A DNA stretch of 64,000 nucleotides from contig JAQTRS010000001.1 in NCBI GenBank assembly GCA_028711705.1, forward strand, positions 201,657 through 265,656. The letters run 5' to 3'. Positions 45,962-56,284 of the stretch are shown here, piece after piece (the stretch's first letter is position 1; the number at the start of each line of letters is the position of its first letter). Position numbers and translations under genes: made by a program. The DNA comes from Candidatus Moraniibacteriota bacterium. Lineage in GTDB: Bacteria; Patescibacteriota; Minisyncoccia; Moranbacterales; UBA1568. The notes beneath the pieces were generated by a model, which was not told the origin of the DNA, did not search any database, and worked only from the letters and a program-made list of their open reading frames with translations.

Positions 45962-46831
45962 CTACGCCTGACTCAAAAACTCCCCGAGCGCTTCCTGATA
46001 CGGACGCAAAAGCGGGCGACGCGTATTGCGAAGCACCGAAAACTTCGGGCGCTTGGCGGGGCGAGGAAAGGTTTCGCTGGTCACAGGCACGACCTTGATC
46101 GAAAAACCCGCCTGCTTATACAATTCCACCACTCCATCATACCAGGTAACCGGAGACTCATTAATCAGATGATAGATTCCATACGCATCTTCCGACTCCA
46201 CCAGGTCCTTGCTCGCCTGTGCCAGATCCGGCGCATAGGTAAAACAACTCATCTCATCATCCACGACATTCACCTCATCCTTTGTCTTTCCTGCCTCAAG
46301 CATCGCCTCAAAAAAACTCTTCTTGCCTATCGCTGACGCTCCCGGCTTGCCGAACAATTTCGAAAGCCGGATGATATAGTATTTCCCACCGACCGAAGCG
46401 ACCCCCTTCTCACCCAGAAGTTTGCTTTGTGCATAGCGGCAATTCGGCAAAGGTGTGGCATCTTCCGAAAATCCATCATCGATGACAGGTGCATCCCCGA
46501 ACACATAATCGGTGGAATAGTGCACGAGCAGCGCCCCGATACGCTTCGCGACCCGCACCAAAAACACAGGCGCCTCGCCATTAAGCCCGACCGCCTTGAC
46601 GTATTCCTCGTCGTTTTCCTCGCACGCATCCACCGCATTATACGCGGAAGCGTTGATGATGATATCTGGCGACAAGGTCCATATCTTATCTTCCGCATCC
46701 GAAGCATCCGTCACATCGATCTCCTCCCGATCCCATTCGGACACGGCGTACCGGATATCCTTTGCAAACACCTGCACCAATGCCTGGCCAAGCATCCCCT
46801 TCGCTCCCACAATAAGGACTTTCTTTTGCAT
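45962..46831 (-). CDS. rmlD: dTDP-4-dehydrorhamnose reductase
   Basis: VLIVGAKGMLG Rossmann motif and YSTDYVF motif. Confidence 0.85.
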   Translation of the reverse strand: MQKKVLIVGAKGMLGQALVQVFAKDIRYAVSEWDREEIDVTDASDAEDKIWTLSPDIIINASAYNAVDACEENDEEYVKAVGLNGEAPVFLVRVAKRIGALLVHYSTDYVFGDAPVIDDGFSEDATPLPNCRYAQSKLLGEKGVASVGGKYYIIRLSKLFGKPGASAIGKKSFFEAMLEAGKTKDEVNVVDDEMSCFTYAPDLAQASKDLVESEDAYGIYHLINESPVTWYDGVVELYKQAGFSIKVVPVTSETFPRPAKRPKFSVLRNTRRPLLRPYQEALGEFLSQA

Positions 46832-46855
46832 GGTATTTGTATATGTGTATCGATA

Positions 46856-47860
46856 TTACCGTTTGTACTGCGTCTCGTAATAGTCTTGGTATTCACCCGA
46901 TTTTATTTTCTTCCACCAATCCTCATGCTGCATAAACCACTCAACGGTTGAGGCGAGCCCTTCCTCAAGCGTAACGGTCGGCTCCCAACCGAGTTCTTTT
47001 TGAATCTTGGAAAAATTGATCGCATAGCGACGGTCGTGTCCTGGCCTGTCAGTCACATATTCGATACTCGTTTCATCCTTGCCCATAAGTGAAAGCAGCT
47101 GCTTCACGATATCGATATTGGCACGCTCCGATGCACCGCCGACGCAGTACGTTTCTCCGAGCATACCTTTATGCACAATCATGTCAATAGCCCTACAGTG
47201 GTCCTCAACGAAAAGCCAGTCGCGCACCTGCATCCCATCACCATAGACCGGCACTTTCTTCCCCTCGATCAGATTGGTAATCGCCAGCGGGATAAGTTTC
47301 TCCGGGAAGTGATACGGCCCGTAATTATTGGAACAATTGGAAATCGTCACCGGCAATCCATGCGTATGAAAGTACGCCCGTACCAGATGGTCTGATCCGG
47401 CTTTGGAAGCGCTATAGGGGCTGCGCGGGTCATACGGCGTCGTTTCCGAAAACGGTTCGTCCTCCGGCTTTAAGGCGCCGAACACCTCATCGGTCGAGAC
47501 ATGATGAAAACGCTTCTTACCACTACGAAGCGCGGCATCCAAAAGCACCTGCGTTCCGATCACATTGGTCTGCACGAACGATTTCGCATCCAAGATAGAA
47601 CGGTCGACATGCGATTCGGCAGCAAAATGTACCACCGCATCAACATCGCGAACAAGCCCATCCATAAGCGCTGCATCGCAAATATCCCCTCTGACAAAGG
47701 TATAGCGCGAATCATGCTCCCACTCCTTCACATTCTCCAGATTTCCCGCATACGTCAACGCGTCAAGATTGACCACGCTGTAATCGGGGTATTTTTTGAG
47801 TATGTAGTGTACGAAATTCGATCCGATAAATCCGGCAGCGCCCGTTACCAATAATTTCAT
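46856..47860 (-). CDS. rmlB: dTDP-glucose 4,6-dehydratase
   Basis: MKLLVTGAAGFIGSNFV and YSASKAGSDHLV motifs. Confidence 0.92.
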   Translation of the reverse strand: MKLLVTGAAGFIGSNFVHYILKKYPDYSVVNLDALTYAGNLENVKEWEHDSRYTFVRGDICDAALMDGLVRDVDAVVHFAAESHVDRSILDAKSFVQTNVIGTQVLLDAALRSGKKRFHHVSTDEVFGALKPEDEPFSETTPYDPRSPYSASKAGSDHLVRAYFHTHGLPVTISNCSNNYGPYHFPEKLIPLAITNLIEGKKVPVYGDGMQVRDWLFVEDHCRAIDMIVHKGMLGETYCVGGASERANIDIVKQLLSLMGKDETSIEYVTDRPGHDRRYAINFSKIQKELGWEPTVTLEEGLASTVEWFMQHEDWWKKIKSGEYQDYYETQYKR

Positions 47861-47885
47861 AATGATCTGACGTAATGTTTAAAAA

Positions 47886-48449
47886 CTATCGAACACCGAA
47901 AACGAATTCTTCCGCGATATCTTTGAGCAGCGGCTGCTTCCTGTCCTTTTCGGAAATAAGAAGTTCTGATTCCGGGAAAGGCCAATCGATGCCGATCTGG
48001 GCATCGCTCCACAAAACTCCCCGATCGCATTCCGGCGAATACAGATTGGTACACTTATAGCTGAAAATCGTATCGTCTTCCAGGGCGACGAATCCGTGCG
48101 CGAATCCGGCAGGAATAAAGAATTGTTTCTTATTCTCCGCAGAAAGCTCGATAGAGACATGTTTGCCGAATGTCGGCGATCCGAAACGGACATCTACCGC
48201 CACATCCAAGACGCTCCCGCGCACAACCTGTATCAATTTCCCCTGCGCAAACGGCGGCGCCTGATAATGCAATCCCCGCAGTGTCCCTTTTTTGGACACC
48301 GAGACATTATCTTGGATGAATACCTCGGCAATCCCCGACTGCACATAACGGTCGCGGTTATACGTTTCCATAAAGAATCCGCGATCATCCGCAAAAACCC
48401 GCGGCTCTATGATAAGCACTCCCTCAAGATCGGTCTTCGATACTTCCAT
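47886..48449 (-). CDS. rmlC: dTDP-4-dehydrorhamnose 3,5-epimerase
   Basis: FADDRGFFMETY and RGLHYQ motifs. Confidence 0.9.
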   Translation of the reverse strand: MEVSKTDLEGVLIIEPRVFADDRGFFMETYNRDRYVQSGIAEVFIQDNVSVSKKGTLRGLHYQAPPFAQGKLIQVVRGSVLDVAVDVRFGSPTFGKHVSIELSAENKKQFFIPAGFAHGFVALEDDTIFSYKCTNLYSPECDRGVLWSDAQIGIDWPFPESELLISEKDRKQPLLKDIAEEFVFGVR

Positions 48450-48512
48450 AATTATCCAGGTTTACATGTCTCTATTACTCCTCCCAGTATAGCTTTTTAG
48501 AAAATAAGCGTC

Positions 48513-48543
48513 AAAAAAACACCCGCGTGTGCGGATGTTTTTC
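48513..48543 (-). terminator. intrinsic terminator after the cold-shock gene
   Basis: ACACCCGC-GTGT-GCGGATGT hairpin plus a U-tract, read on the minus strand. Confidence 0.6.
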
Positions 48544-48557
48544 CTGAAGCCAAAAGC

Positions 48558-48755
48558 TTACGCGCGAGATACGTTCGTTGCAGCTGGACCCTTCTGGGTG
48601 TCGATCACTTCAAAAGTAACTACGTCACCAACCTTCAAATCTTCAAACATAACGCCATTGAGCTCCTTAGAGTGGAAGAACAAATCCTTTGTCTCACCTT
48701 CGCGAGAAATGAATCCGAATCCCTTGTCTGTGAGTGTTTTGATAACTCCTTGCAT
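48558..48755 (-). CDS. cold-shock protein (CspA family)
   Basis: MQGVIKTLTDKGFGFISREG RNP motifs. Long leader of about 100 nt. Confidence 0.9.
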   Translation of the reverse strand: MQGVIKTLTDKGFGFISREGETKDLFFHSKELNGVMFEDLKVGDVVTFEVIDTQKGPAATNVSRA

Positions 48756-48833
48756 ATTCGTTTCCTTAAAACTGCTTATTTATATACTAACGTCTAAAAA
48801 CTCGACTCTGTTTCCGTGTCTATACACCTCTAC

Positions 48834-48862
48834 AGTGTAGCGCATAAGGAGCGTTTTGTCAA
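48834..48862 (-). promoter_or_regulatory. sigma-70 promoter of the cold-shock gene (TTGACA-17-TACACT)
   Basis: -35 at 48857-48862 and -10 at 48834-48839. Confidence 0.55.
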
Positions 48863-48867
48863 TACGT

Positions 48868-48894
48868 AAAAATAAACGCTCTTATAAGCGTTTA
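48868..48894 (-). terminator. 24-bp perfect palindrome terminator (AATAAACGCTTATAAGCGTTTATT) after the PfkB kinase gene
   Basis: Exact inverted repeat followed by a U-tract on the minus strand. Confidence 0.6.
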
Positions 48895-48919
48895 TTCCCC
48901 TTACAAGGGTAAAAAATAA

Positions 48920-49924
48920 CTAGGCGAGCGCCGTAACATTCACCTGCTGCGCCAAAGCCCCTATCTCATCCGATCGGAGCAGTCCTTCCTTGGCGCCATA
49001 GAAGCGAACGACATTACCACCATTGACGATTCCCCATCGGAGCGATTGTTCAAGCCCGAGCCCTTGGGCCCACGCCGCAAAGAATCCGCTTCCGAACGCA
49101 TCCCCTGATCCGGTCGCATCCACCGATCTTTGCATCAGGACATCGACATGCATCACGACATTCCCATCATACCCCCAGGCGCCGCGCACACCATCGGTCA
49201 TACCGATCGCTTTTGCGCCATGCGCATACAACGCGCGAATAAGGAAGTTCTCGTCCTGCAGATCCGCTTCCGTCGCCTGCCGCATCCCCATCACCAATTC
49301 GATCGCCTCATCCTTATTCACCAAAAGCACATCCGCCTGCTTAATCGCTTCCAAGACTACCACGATATCGTCCTTCATATTCCGCTGCCCGGGATTGATG
49401 GCGAGCTTGATGCGTTTCTCCTGAACGCCTGCCGCGATGGCTCGCATATTCTCCTTCCACTCCCCATTGAGCGCGCTCACGAAAACCCACTCCGCGCCAT
49501 CGAGTTTCTTTGCATCGACCTTCAGAAGTTCATTGGCATCGCGATTGAAGAAAATGGTGCGCTCGCCGCTTTGCGTGAAAACGAGGATCGCCGAAAGGTC
49601 GGTCTGCGCGCCGTCCTTCTGCTCGATCAATTCCGTTAACACCTTTTCCTTTTGCAATTCCCCTATCACCCATTCACCGGTCTGATCACCCCCGACACAC
49701 GAATAGACGGACACCTCCAAACCCAGCCGGGCCAAACCCTGCGCGCAGTTGGCAGCCACGCCGCCCACCGCCTCGAAGCGATCCTCCACCTGATACTTCG
49801 CCCCCACCTCGAAAGCGACCTTCTTCTGCGCAGTGATGTCCTCCGGCGTGTCGAAAAGCTCACCCTCCCCCGTCGGAAAAAAGATATCCTTCGACGCCGA
49901 TCCGATACAGATGATTTTTGACAT
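48920..49924 (-). CDS. PfkB-family carbohydrate/nucleoside kinase (ribokinase-like)
   Basis: DATGSGDAFGSGF PfkB signature 2 and an N-terminal GG motif. Confidence 0.8.
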   Translation of the reverse strand: MSKIICIGSASKDIFFPTGEGELFDTPEDITAQKKVAFEVGAKYQVEDRFEAVGGVAANCAQGLARLGLEVSVYSCVGGDQTGEWVIGELQKEKVLTELIEQKDGAQTDLSAILVFTQSGERTIFFNRDANELLKVDAKKLDGAEWVFVSALNGEWKENMRAIAAGVQEKRIKLAINPGQRNMKDDIVVVLEAIKQADVLLVNKDEAIELVMGMRQATEADLQDENFLIRALYAHGAKAIGMTDGVRGAWGYDGNVVMHVDVLMQRSVDATGSGDAFGSGFFAAWAQGLGLEQSLRWGIVNGGNVVRFYGAKEGLLRSDEIGALAQQVNVTALA

Positions 49925-50147
49925 AATGCTATGCTCTTAAGTGATTCTCCAACAAAAAACCCAGCGCTTTCCTGTAGCGATCAATCCATCTGTACTATAT
50001 CATTTTTCAACGATGGGCTCAATATATTCCCCTAGCGAATCGCTCCGCCTGACTTTACAGCGAACCCTATCCATGCTAGAGTCCACCTAGTATCCTGCTT
50101 ACAGGATATACGATCGTTTTTTAACAACATTTCCCATTGGAGGAAAT

Positions 50148-50870
50148 ATGAATACCACCTTAGAAGATATAGCAAGGCGTTTCGCGGAATTTTACCTACT
50201 GTATAGAAATCCTTCCGTCGAAACAGATCTGACATCCGATACGGCACTCGCATTACTCCTTGAGGTCGTCAGATCGGCAGGATTTGATGCCAACCACATT
50301 GAAGTCGGGAGATTATACCAATCAAATCGGCACGAAGATATACTTATAAACACGAATTGCCCATTCAGAGTCATTGATTCTAAAAGAAAAGACTCTAGTA
50401 AAACGGTGTGTACTTCAAGAGGAGATGCGTCCATTTGGATGACCGAGTGGCTTGATTGCGTGTTCCTGCTCCTAAATCGAAAAACGGACTGGGGTCGAAA
50501 TACCGTCGATACGGAAGATATTGCCCGGTTGATCGAGACTGAAATCAAACGGGCCCAGCCACTGCCGCTCATACGAATCACCGACACCAAAGATTGTTTA
50601 GGAGAAATCCCTCCAAGGAAAGATATTCCCATCGATAGGTCTCTCCCGGGTATTTTCAATCACACGAAAAATACCGATACGATACAAACCGAACTCGGCA
50701 TTCACACACAGTACGGGTGCGAAGGAAAGATATTCATCCGGTACAGTAACGATACTTCGCGCGTCGCGACGTGTGAAAAGTGCGGTTTGCAGATCATATT
50801 CCCCAAAGAAATCCAGACCTACGGTGAACTGAGAAACCATTTCACAGCTCTTCTTGAACAAAAAACATAG
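50148..50870 (+). CDS. hypothetical protein with a C-terminal CxxG...CxxC zinc-ribbon-like motif
   Basis: 240-aa ORF. No recognisable domain. Confidence 0.5.
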   Translation: MNTTLEDIARRFAEFYLLYRNPSVETDLTSDTALALLLEVVRSAGFDANHIEVGRLYQSNRHEDILINTNCPFRVIDSKRKDSSKTVCTSRGDASIWMTEWLDCVFLLLNRKTDWGRNTVDTEDIARLIETEIKRAQPLPLIRITDTKDCLGEIPPRKDIPIDRSLPGIFNHTKNTDTIQTELGIHTQYGCEGKIFIRYSNDTSRVATCEKCGLQIIFPKEIQTYGELRNHFTALLEQKT

Positions 50871-50904
50871 GCGGAATCGATTCTCGCCCTGTCATGTCCA
50901 CAAC

Positions 50905-50940
50905 AAAATCCCTAAGACAAAATTTGTCTTAGGGCTTTGC
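50905..50940. terminator. bidirectional terminator (CCCTAAGACAAA/TTTGTCTTAGGG near-perfect palindrome) between convergent genes
   Basis: 12-bp arms. Confidence 0.6.
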
Positions 50941-50960
50941 AATACTCCGAAAGTATCTGG

Positions 50961-52226
50961 TTACGCGATTTCCATCTCGATCGCGAGCAGACGATTGTAC
51001 TTGGCCAAGCGCTCACCGCGGGAGAGCGATCCTGTCTTGATATAGCCGGCACCGGTGCCTGCCGCCAGATCGGCGATAAAATCATCAGGCGTTTCGCCCG
51101 AACGGTGCGATACCACCACACGATACCCATTGGCCTGCGCCAAACGGATACAGTCCAGCGTCTCGGTCAGGGTTCCGATCTGATTGAGTTTGATCAGCAC
51201 GGCATTGCAGGACTTCTCTTCGATCGCACGAGCCAAACGCTTCGGATTGGTAACGAGCAGATCATCCCCAATGAGCATGATGCTCACATTCTCCTTTTCA
51301 AGCTTCTCCTTCATCAAGGCCCAGCCTTCCCAATCGTTCTCATGCAGACCGTCTTCGATGGAGATGACGAAATACTTGGCCATCCAATCGCGGTACATGG
51401 CGATCAAGCTCTCACGGGTCATATTCACACCTTCCGGCTTAAGAACATACTGATCTTCGGTTTCATTATAAAAAGAACTAGCCGCCGCGTCGATGCCTAA
51501 TGCTACCTGCACGCCCGGTTCATAGCCGGCCGCCTTGATGGCCTGGATAATCACTTCGAAGGCCTGCGCATTGCTCTCCAGGCGCGGGGCGAAGCCTCCC
51601 TCGTCTCCGACACTAGTCACGAAACCATCCTTCTCGAGAATCTTTTTCAAGGCGTGGAAAATTTCACTTCCGGCACGGAGCTGCTCGGCATATGGCTTAA
51701 TACCGAACGGTACGATCTTGAATTCCTGGATAGCCAAACCCGAATCGCTGTGCATGCCGCCGTTCAATACATTGAACATCGGCACCGGCAAAGACACTTG
51801 CTGGTCATTTCCCAAGAGCGTATTGATACGGGAATACAAAGTCACCTTCGAATCGATAGCGTTCGCGCGAGCCACCGCCAAAGAAACGCCCAAGATAGCG
51901 TTCGCACCCAGACGGCCCTTATTGTCCGTCCCGTCCAAAGCGATCATCTTCTCATCCAGAGCCTTCTGATCGGCAGCGTCCATGCCGATAACCGCTTCCC
52001 TGATTTCCGTATTCACATTCTTAACAGCATTCAATACTCCCTTACCGCCATAGCGCTTCGCATCGCCATCACGCAATTCGACCGCTTCCCATTCGCCGGT
52101 CGATGCCCCGGATGGCACCATCGCTACCGCTGTAACGCCGCTCTCGAGGGCAACTTCCACCTCTACGGTCGGATTACCGCGAGAATCAAGGATTTCCCGT
52201 CCCGAAACTGCCTGTATCTTCGACAT
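50961..52226 (-). CDS. eno: enolase (phosphopyruvate hydratase)
   Basis: MSKIQAVSGREILDSRGNPTVEVEV start and catalytic motifs. Confidence 0.93.
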   Translation of the reverse strand: MSKIQAVSGREILDSRGNPTVEVEVALESGVTAVAMVPSGASTGEWEAVELRDGDAKRYGGKGVLNAVKNVNTEIREAVIGMDAADQKALDEKMIALDGTDNKGRLGANAILGVSLAVARANAIDSKVTLYSRINTLLGNDQQVSLPVPMFNVLNGGMHSDSGLAIQEFKIVPFGIKPYAEQLRAGSEIFHALKKILEKDGFVTSVGDEGGFAPRLESNAQAFEVIIQAIKAAGYEPGVQVALGIDAAASSFYNETEDQYVLKPEGVNMTRESLIAMYRDWMAKYFVISIEDGLHENDWEGWALMKEKLEKENVSIMLIGDDLLVTNPKRLARAIEEKSCNAVLIKLNQIGTLTETLDCIRLAQANGYRVVVSHRSGETPDDFIADLAAGTGAGYIKTGSLSRGERLAKYNRLLAIEMEIA

Positions 52227-52251
52227 ATACATATCCTTAACATATTATGAG

Positions 52252-52306
52252 AACCTATTAACAATCCAAACGCCCTCAAAGGGGTAGACGGGATTATCAA
52301 TAGGTT
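52252..52306. promoter_or_regulatory. large imperfect inverted repeat (AACCTATTAACAATCC...GGATTATCAATAGGTT) in the eno 5' region
   Basis: 13 of 15 arm positions match, enclosing a CCCTCAAAGGGG mini-palindrome. Confidence 0.35.
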
Positions 52307-52343
52307 CGTAGCCAGTATAGCACACAAAAAGAAAAAGCGCCCG

Positions 52344-52378
52344 ATGTCTATGGTATTTGATTTACAAATACCAGACAT
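52344..52378 (-). terminator. intrinsic terminator after the lipoprotein gene
   Basis: ATGTCT(AT)GGTATTTG...CAAATACCAGACAT hairpin plus a U-rich tract on the minus strand. Confidence 0.55.
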
Positions 52379-52436
52379 TCAAACGCTTCGCTGCCCGAAG
52401 CATGAAAGCATCAGGACCTCGGCCACATCACCCCCA

Positions 52437-52799
52437 CTACCGGCTATGAAACCAAAAACTCGCGCTGCCCCCGACCCCGCCACGGCCTCCGCCATAATAA
52501 TACGGTATTCCGCCATAGCCACGATAGCCACCGCCGATACCATAATTATACGTTCTATAGCAATCCAATCCCCTCATGAAAGCAGGACCATCGCTACAGC
52601 CGTACCGATAATTATTATAATAGCTGCCTGAGTATCGCTGCCTAGAGCTTTGCGTATAATAGCTGCTATTTGGGTATTGCTGCCCAGAGCTTTGCTCATA
52701 ATAAACGTCCCCATACGAGTAACACCCGACCAGAAACGTTATACTGACCAATATCAGCAACCGATACCCCTTCTTTCTCAAATTGAACCTTCTGTTCAT
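52437..52799 (-). CDS. Tyr/Gly-rich small lipoprotein
   Basis: Start trimmed to MNRRF. FLVGC lipobox. YYGGGRGG-type low-complexity sequence. Confidence 0.5.
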   Translation of the reverse strand: MNRRFNLRKKGYRLLILVSITFLVGCYSYGDVYYEQSSGQQYPNSSYYTQSSRQRYSGSYYNNYRYGCSDGPAFMRGLDCYRTYNYGIGGGYRGYGGIPYYYGGGRGGVGGSASFWFHSR

Positions 52800-52919
52800 G
52801 ACACTACCCTCCTCAGAGCCTGTATGATTGTGAAATAACCCGCCCAAGACACGGCAAGGGCGATGGTATAGTATATATGAAGAAATGGTTCCTGTCAAGG
52901 CTATCTCAAAATAATCCCT

Positions 52920-53978
52920 TTACTTGGCCTTCAAAACATCAAGTCCAGGCATCGTGACGCCGCCCAGAAAATCAAGCATCGCCCCACCTCCGGTCGAAAC
53001 GAACCCGACTCGATCAATAGCATTCTCATGTTCGACGACCGCCAAAGACTCGCCGCCGCCGATCACGACGCTCGCCTCCTTGTTCTCCATGATAGCATGC
53101 AAGACAATTTTCGTTCCCAGATCATAGGGCTTTTCCTCGAATTTTCCCATCGGCCCATTCCAGATGATAGTCTTCGCCATCGCGATGATTTGCCCGAAAG
53201 CGGCCGAGGTCATCGGGCCGATATCAAGCTTATTCTCACCCTGAAAATCCTGTGGCAGCATGACATTATCCTCGAAGACGATATTTTGCTCGATTGCCTC
53301 ATTGGCAATTTTCCCGCCCACGAGCACGGCATCATATATTTTTTCGAATGTGCGGATAATCGGGAGCTTGGTCTCGATCTTGGCGCCGCCGATTACCGCC
53401 ACAGCCGGACGAACAGGGTTTGATTGCAGCCGCTCCAGATGCGCCACTTCCTCAATCAAGCGGAAACCGGCATAGCTTGGGATATGCTCCGTAACCCCCA
53501 CCACCGACGCGTGCGCTCGGTGACAGACACTGAAAGCCTCGTTAACGAATATATCGAACGGAGCCGCAAGCTGCTTAGAAAAACCGCCATCGTTCGCATC
53601 CTCTTCCGCATAAAAACGCAGATTCTCGAGCAAGAGCACCTCTCCTGCCGGAAGCGCCGCAAGCGCCTCGGTCACGGCACTGCCGATGCAATCGTCCACG
53701 AAATGTACCCTGCGGCCCAAGGCGCGCTCCACATCATCCGCTACCGGCCGCAGAGAAAACTTCTCATCGCGTTTCCCGTCGGGACGGCCGAAATGGCTTG
53801 CCATGACCACCTTTTCCACTTTCTGATCGACAAGATAATCTATAGTCTGCTTGGCGATATCCAACTTGAAGTGTTCCTCGACATTCTGTATATCATCCAA
53901 TTCGATATTGAAATCGACACGTACCAATACTTTCTTTCCCTCCAGTGCTGTCGCATCCGCGATACCTCGCAATTTCAT
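52920..53978 (-). CDS. pgk: phosphoglycerate kinase
   Basis: KKVLVRVDFN, HFGRP and C-terminal GGGA motifs. Somewhat short at 352 aa. Confidence 0.88.
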   Translation of the reverse strand: MKLRGIADATALEGKKVLVRVDFNIELDDIQNVEEHFKLDIAKQTIDYLVDQKVEKVVMASHFGRPDGKRDEKFSLRPVADDVERALGRRVHFVDDCIGSAVTEALAALPAGEVLLLENLRFYAEEDANDGGFSKQLAAPFDIFVNEAFSVCHRAHASVVGVTEHIPSYAGFRLIEEVAHLERLQSNPVRPAVAVIGGAKIETKLPIIRTFEKIYDAVLVGGKIANEAIEQNIVFEDNVMLPQDFQGENKLDIGPMTSAAFGQIIAMAKTIIWNGPMGKFEEKPYDLGTKIVLHAIMENKEASVVIGGGESLAVVEHENAIDRVGFVSTGGGAMLDFLGGVTMPGLDVLKAK

Positions 53979-53996
53979 ATGATTTTTGATTATCTT

Positions 53997-55097
53997 TTAA
54001 AGGCCCATACCGAGTATTCCAATTATAACACCTATCATCGCGGTGACAATCGTGAATATCCACGCGCGCATCACGACCTTGGGCTCGGGCCAACCGATCG
54101 CCTCGAAGTGATGATGGAGCGGCGCCGCCAGAAAGACTTTCTTATGACGGAACCGCTTGCTCACGAGCTGGATGATGACGCTACCAGATTCTATGACATA
54201 GATGAAAACGATGAGGAACAGGACGATGGCGGAATTGGTGAGCATCGCCACGACGCCCAGCGTCGTCCCGAGCGCCATGGCCCCTGTATCCCCCATAAAG
54301 AACCGTGCGGGATAGATATTGAACCACAAGAAGGCGAGCAGCGCGCCTGTCGTCGCCGCGCAAAATGAAGCCAGGTCCATCTTATTCTGAGAGAACGCGA
54401 TCAGCGCGAACGAAGCGAACGCAATCATGAGCACCCCGCCATTCAAACCGTCCAGACCGTCCGTCTCATTGGAGGAGATGGCCGAAAACAGGATAACGAA
54501 AATGAACAAAGGGATATACCACCACCCGATCATGAAGTCTCCCACACCGGGAACATGCAATGTATCCCATCCGAGTTTGGCATAAAACCACCAGGCCCCG
54601 GCAGAGGCGATACCGATCAGCCACCAAAAGCGCATGGCGAAACGCATGCCACCCCCCTTGTTCTTGCCGATACCGCGGACGCTCATCCAATCATCCAAAA
54701 GACCGAGCAAGCCGCCCATCACCAAGACAAACAGCGGCAACCACACCTGCGACCGGCGCAAAAAGTCCAGACGGGCGATCGCATTGACGCCCGTCCAATC
54801 GGCCACGAATGGAAACAGGAAATGAGACAACATCGCCAACAAAAACACTGTGACCCATACGATTATGCCTCCCATGGTTGGTGTTCCTGATTTTCCAGCG
54901 TGTAATTGGCTGACAAAAGTAAGCTTCTCGCCATTAACATCATTGCTCTTTATTTTGATGCCAATCTTATACTTATACAAGATATTCGTCCACAGCGGCG
55001 TGATCAGAAAGGCCACGATAAAAGCCAAGAGTCCCATAGACAGGACCTTGAGCGCATTGACGACGACAGGGATGGTTTCGATTTGGGCGAACTGCAT
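53997..55097 (-). CDS. mraY: phospho-N-acetylmuramoyl-pentapeptide transferase
   Basis: 10-TM protein with NETDGLDGL and PARFFMGDTGA motifs. Confidence 0.9.
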   Translation of the reverse strand: MQFAQIETIPVVVNALKVLSMGLLAFIVAFLITPLWTNILYKYKIGIKIKSNDVNGEKLTFVSQLHAGKSGTPTMGGIIVWVTVFLLAMLSHFLFPFVADWTGVNAIARLDFLRRSQVWLPLFVLVMGGLLGLLDDWMSVRGIGKNKGGGMRFAMRFWWLIGIASAGAWWFYAKLGWDTLHVPGVGDFMIGWWYIPLFIFVILFSAISSNETDGLDGLNGGVLMIAFASFALIAFSQNKMDLASFCAATTGALLAFLWFNIYPARFFMGDTGAMALGTTLGVVAMLTNSAIVLFLIVFIYVIESGSVIIQLVSKRFRHKKVFLAAPLHHHFEAIGWPEPKVVMRAWIFTIVTAMIGVIIGILGMGL

Positions 55098-55246
55098 AAA
55101 TGAGGAATATGAATTATGAGTAAGTATTTCTCTTCGGATACGGATATTTTTCTGCTGAAAAATTCCTCATGCTCGCGCCGTCGCGCTCATAGGCCCCTAC
55201 ACGAAATACTTGCGCATAATTCGTATCCAAAAAATAAAAAACTCTA

Positions 55247-56275
55247 CTACTTCCACACAAATGAACTGAAGGCCCAGGCGAACATATGTTGGATATCCTG
55301 CCAACGCTGGGAGTCATCGAGCACCACTGAAACGACGCGGTGCTTATTCGTCGCGTCCGTCGCCACGGCCAGTAAAGAATACCCGGCCAATGGCGTGAAT
55401 CCTGTCTTGGTACCCAAAAGGTTCGGGTACTGATCCAAGAGCGCGTCCGTATTAAAGATATCATGCGATTGCGTGCCGTCAATAGAAGTGATGGTCGTAT
55501 TCGGGAGGCGCATGATTTCCCACAAGACATCGTACTGCAAAGAGTTGGCGGTGATACGCGCGATATCATAGGCGCTCGAATAGCATTCCGATTCGCGACC
55601 GTCGATTTCAAGGCCGGACGGCGTGCAGAAATGAGTATTCTTAAGACCGAGTTCGTCGGCCCGTTTGTTCATGATATCCGCAAATCCGGCTTGGGTGCCG
55701 CCCATATGCATACCAAGTGAAATCGCCGCATCGTTGGCGCTGTTCATGAGCGCGGCCTTCAGAAGATTGCGCACCGAAACTTGTTCACCCACCTTGAGAC
55801 GATTGCCGATGCAGTAGCCTGACCGCGGACAGCCCACCCTGGTCCCTTCGGCATACACCGCCTCTTCCGGTATGGTCACCGCCTCATCCAGATTTTTGAT
55901 ACGCTCGACCACGATCATCGCCGTCATGAGCTTCGTGAGCGAGGCTATCTGGCGCTTCTCATGGGAATCCTCTTCATGCAGCACCATACCGGAATCGGCA
56001 TCAAGCACCACGGAAGCATGCGCGCCGGCCACATACAGATCACCGACACTCGGTTTCTTGATAGGCAGAATTTGGGCCGCTGCCGCCCTCGATTCGAATG
56101 AAATGGGCATCTTCGATTCATGAGAATCCGTCGTGCCCTCGACCCGTCCTTCTTCCGGCGTTTGCTTCTGCACCAGAGAAACGGTGGTCCGGGTGGAGCC
56201 GAATGTCTTATGGAATACGAAAAAGCTCAGCCCGAGAAATGCCAGAAAACCGAATAAGAAAAGGAATGTCCTCAT
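55247..56275 (-). CDS. D-alanyl-D-alanine carboxypeptidase (S11, PBP5-like)
   Basis: Signal/anchor sequence, SLTKLMT (SxxK) and SAND-like SANDAA motifs. Confidence 0.8.
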   Translation of the reverse strand: MRTFLFLFGFLAFLGLSFFVFHKTFGSTRTTVSLVQKQTPEEGRVEGTTDSHESKMPISFESRAAAAQILPIKKPSVGDLYVAGAHASVVLDADSGMVLHEEDSHEKRQIASLTKLMTAMIVVERIKNLDEAVTIPEEAVYAEGTRVGCPRSGYCIGNRLKVGEQVSVRNLLKAALMNSANDAAISLGMHMGGTQAGFADIMNKRADELGLKNTHFCTPSGLEIDGRESECYSSAYDIARITANSLQYDVLWEIMRLPNTTITSIDGTQSHDIFNTDALLDQYPNLLGTKTGFTPLAGYSLLAVATDATNKHRVVSVVLDDSQRWQDIQHMFAWAFSSFVWK

Positions 56276-56284
56276 AAGATGTTG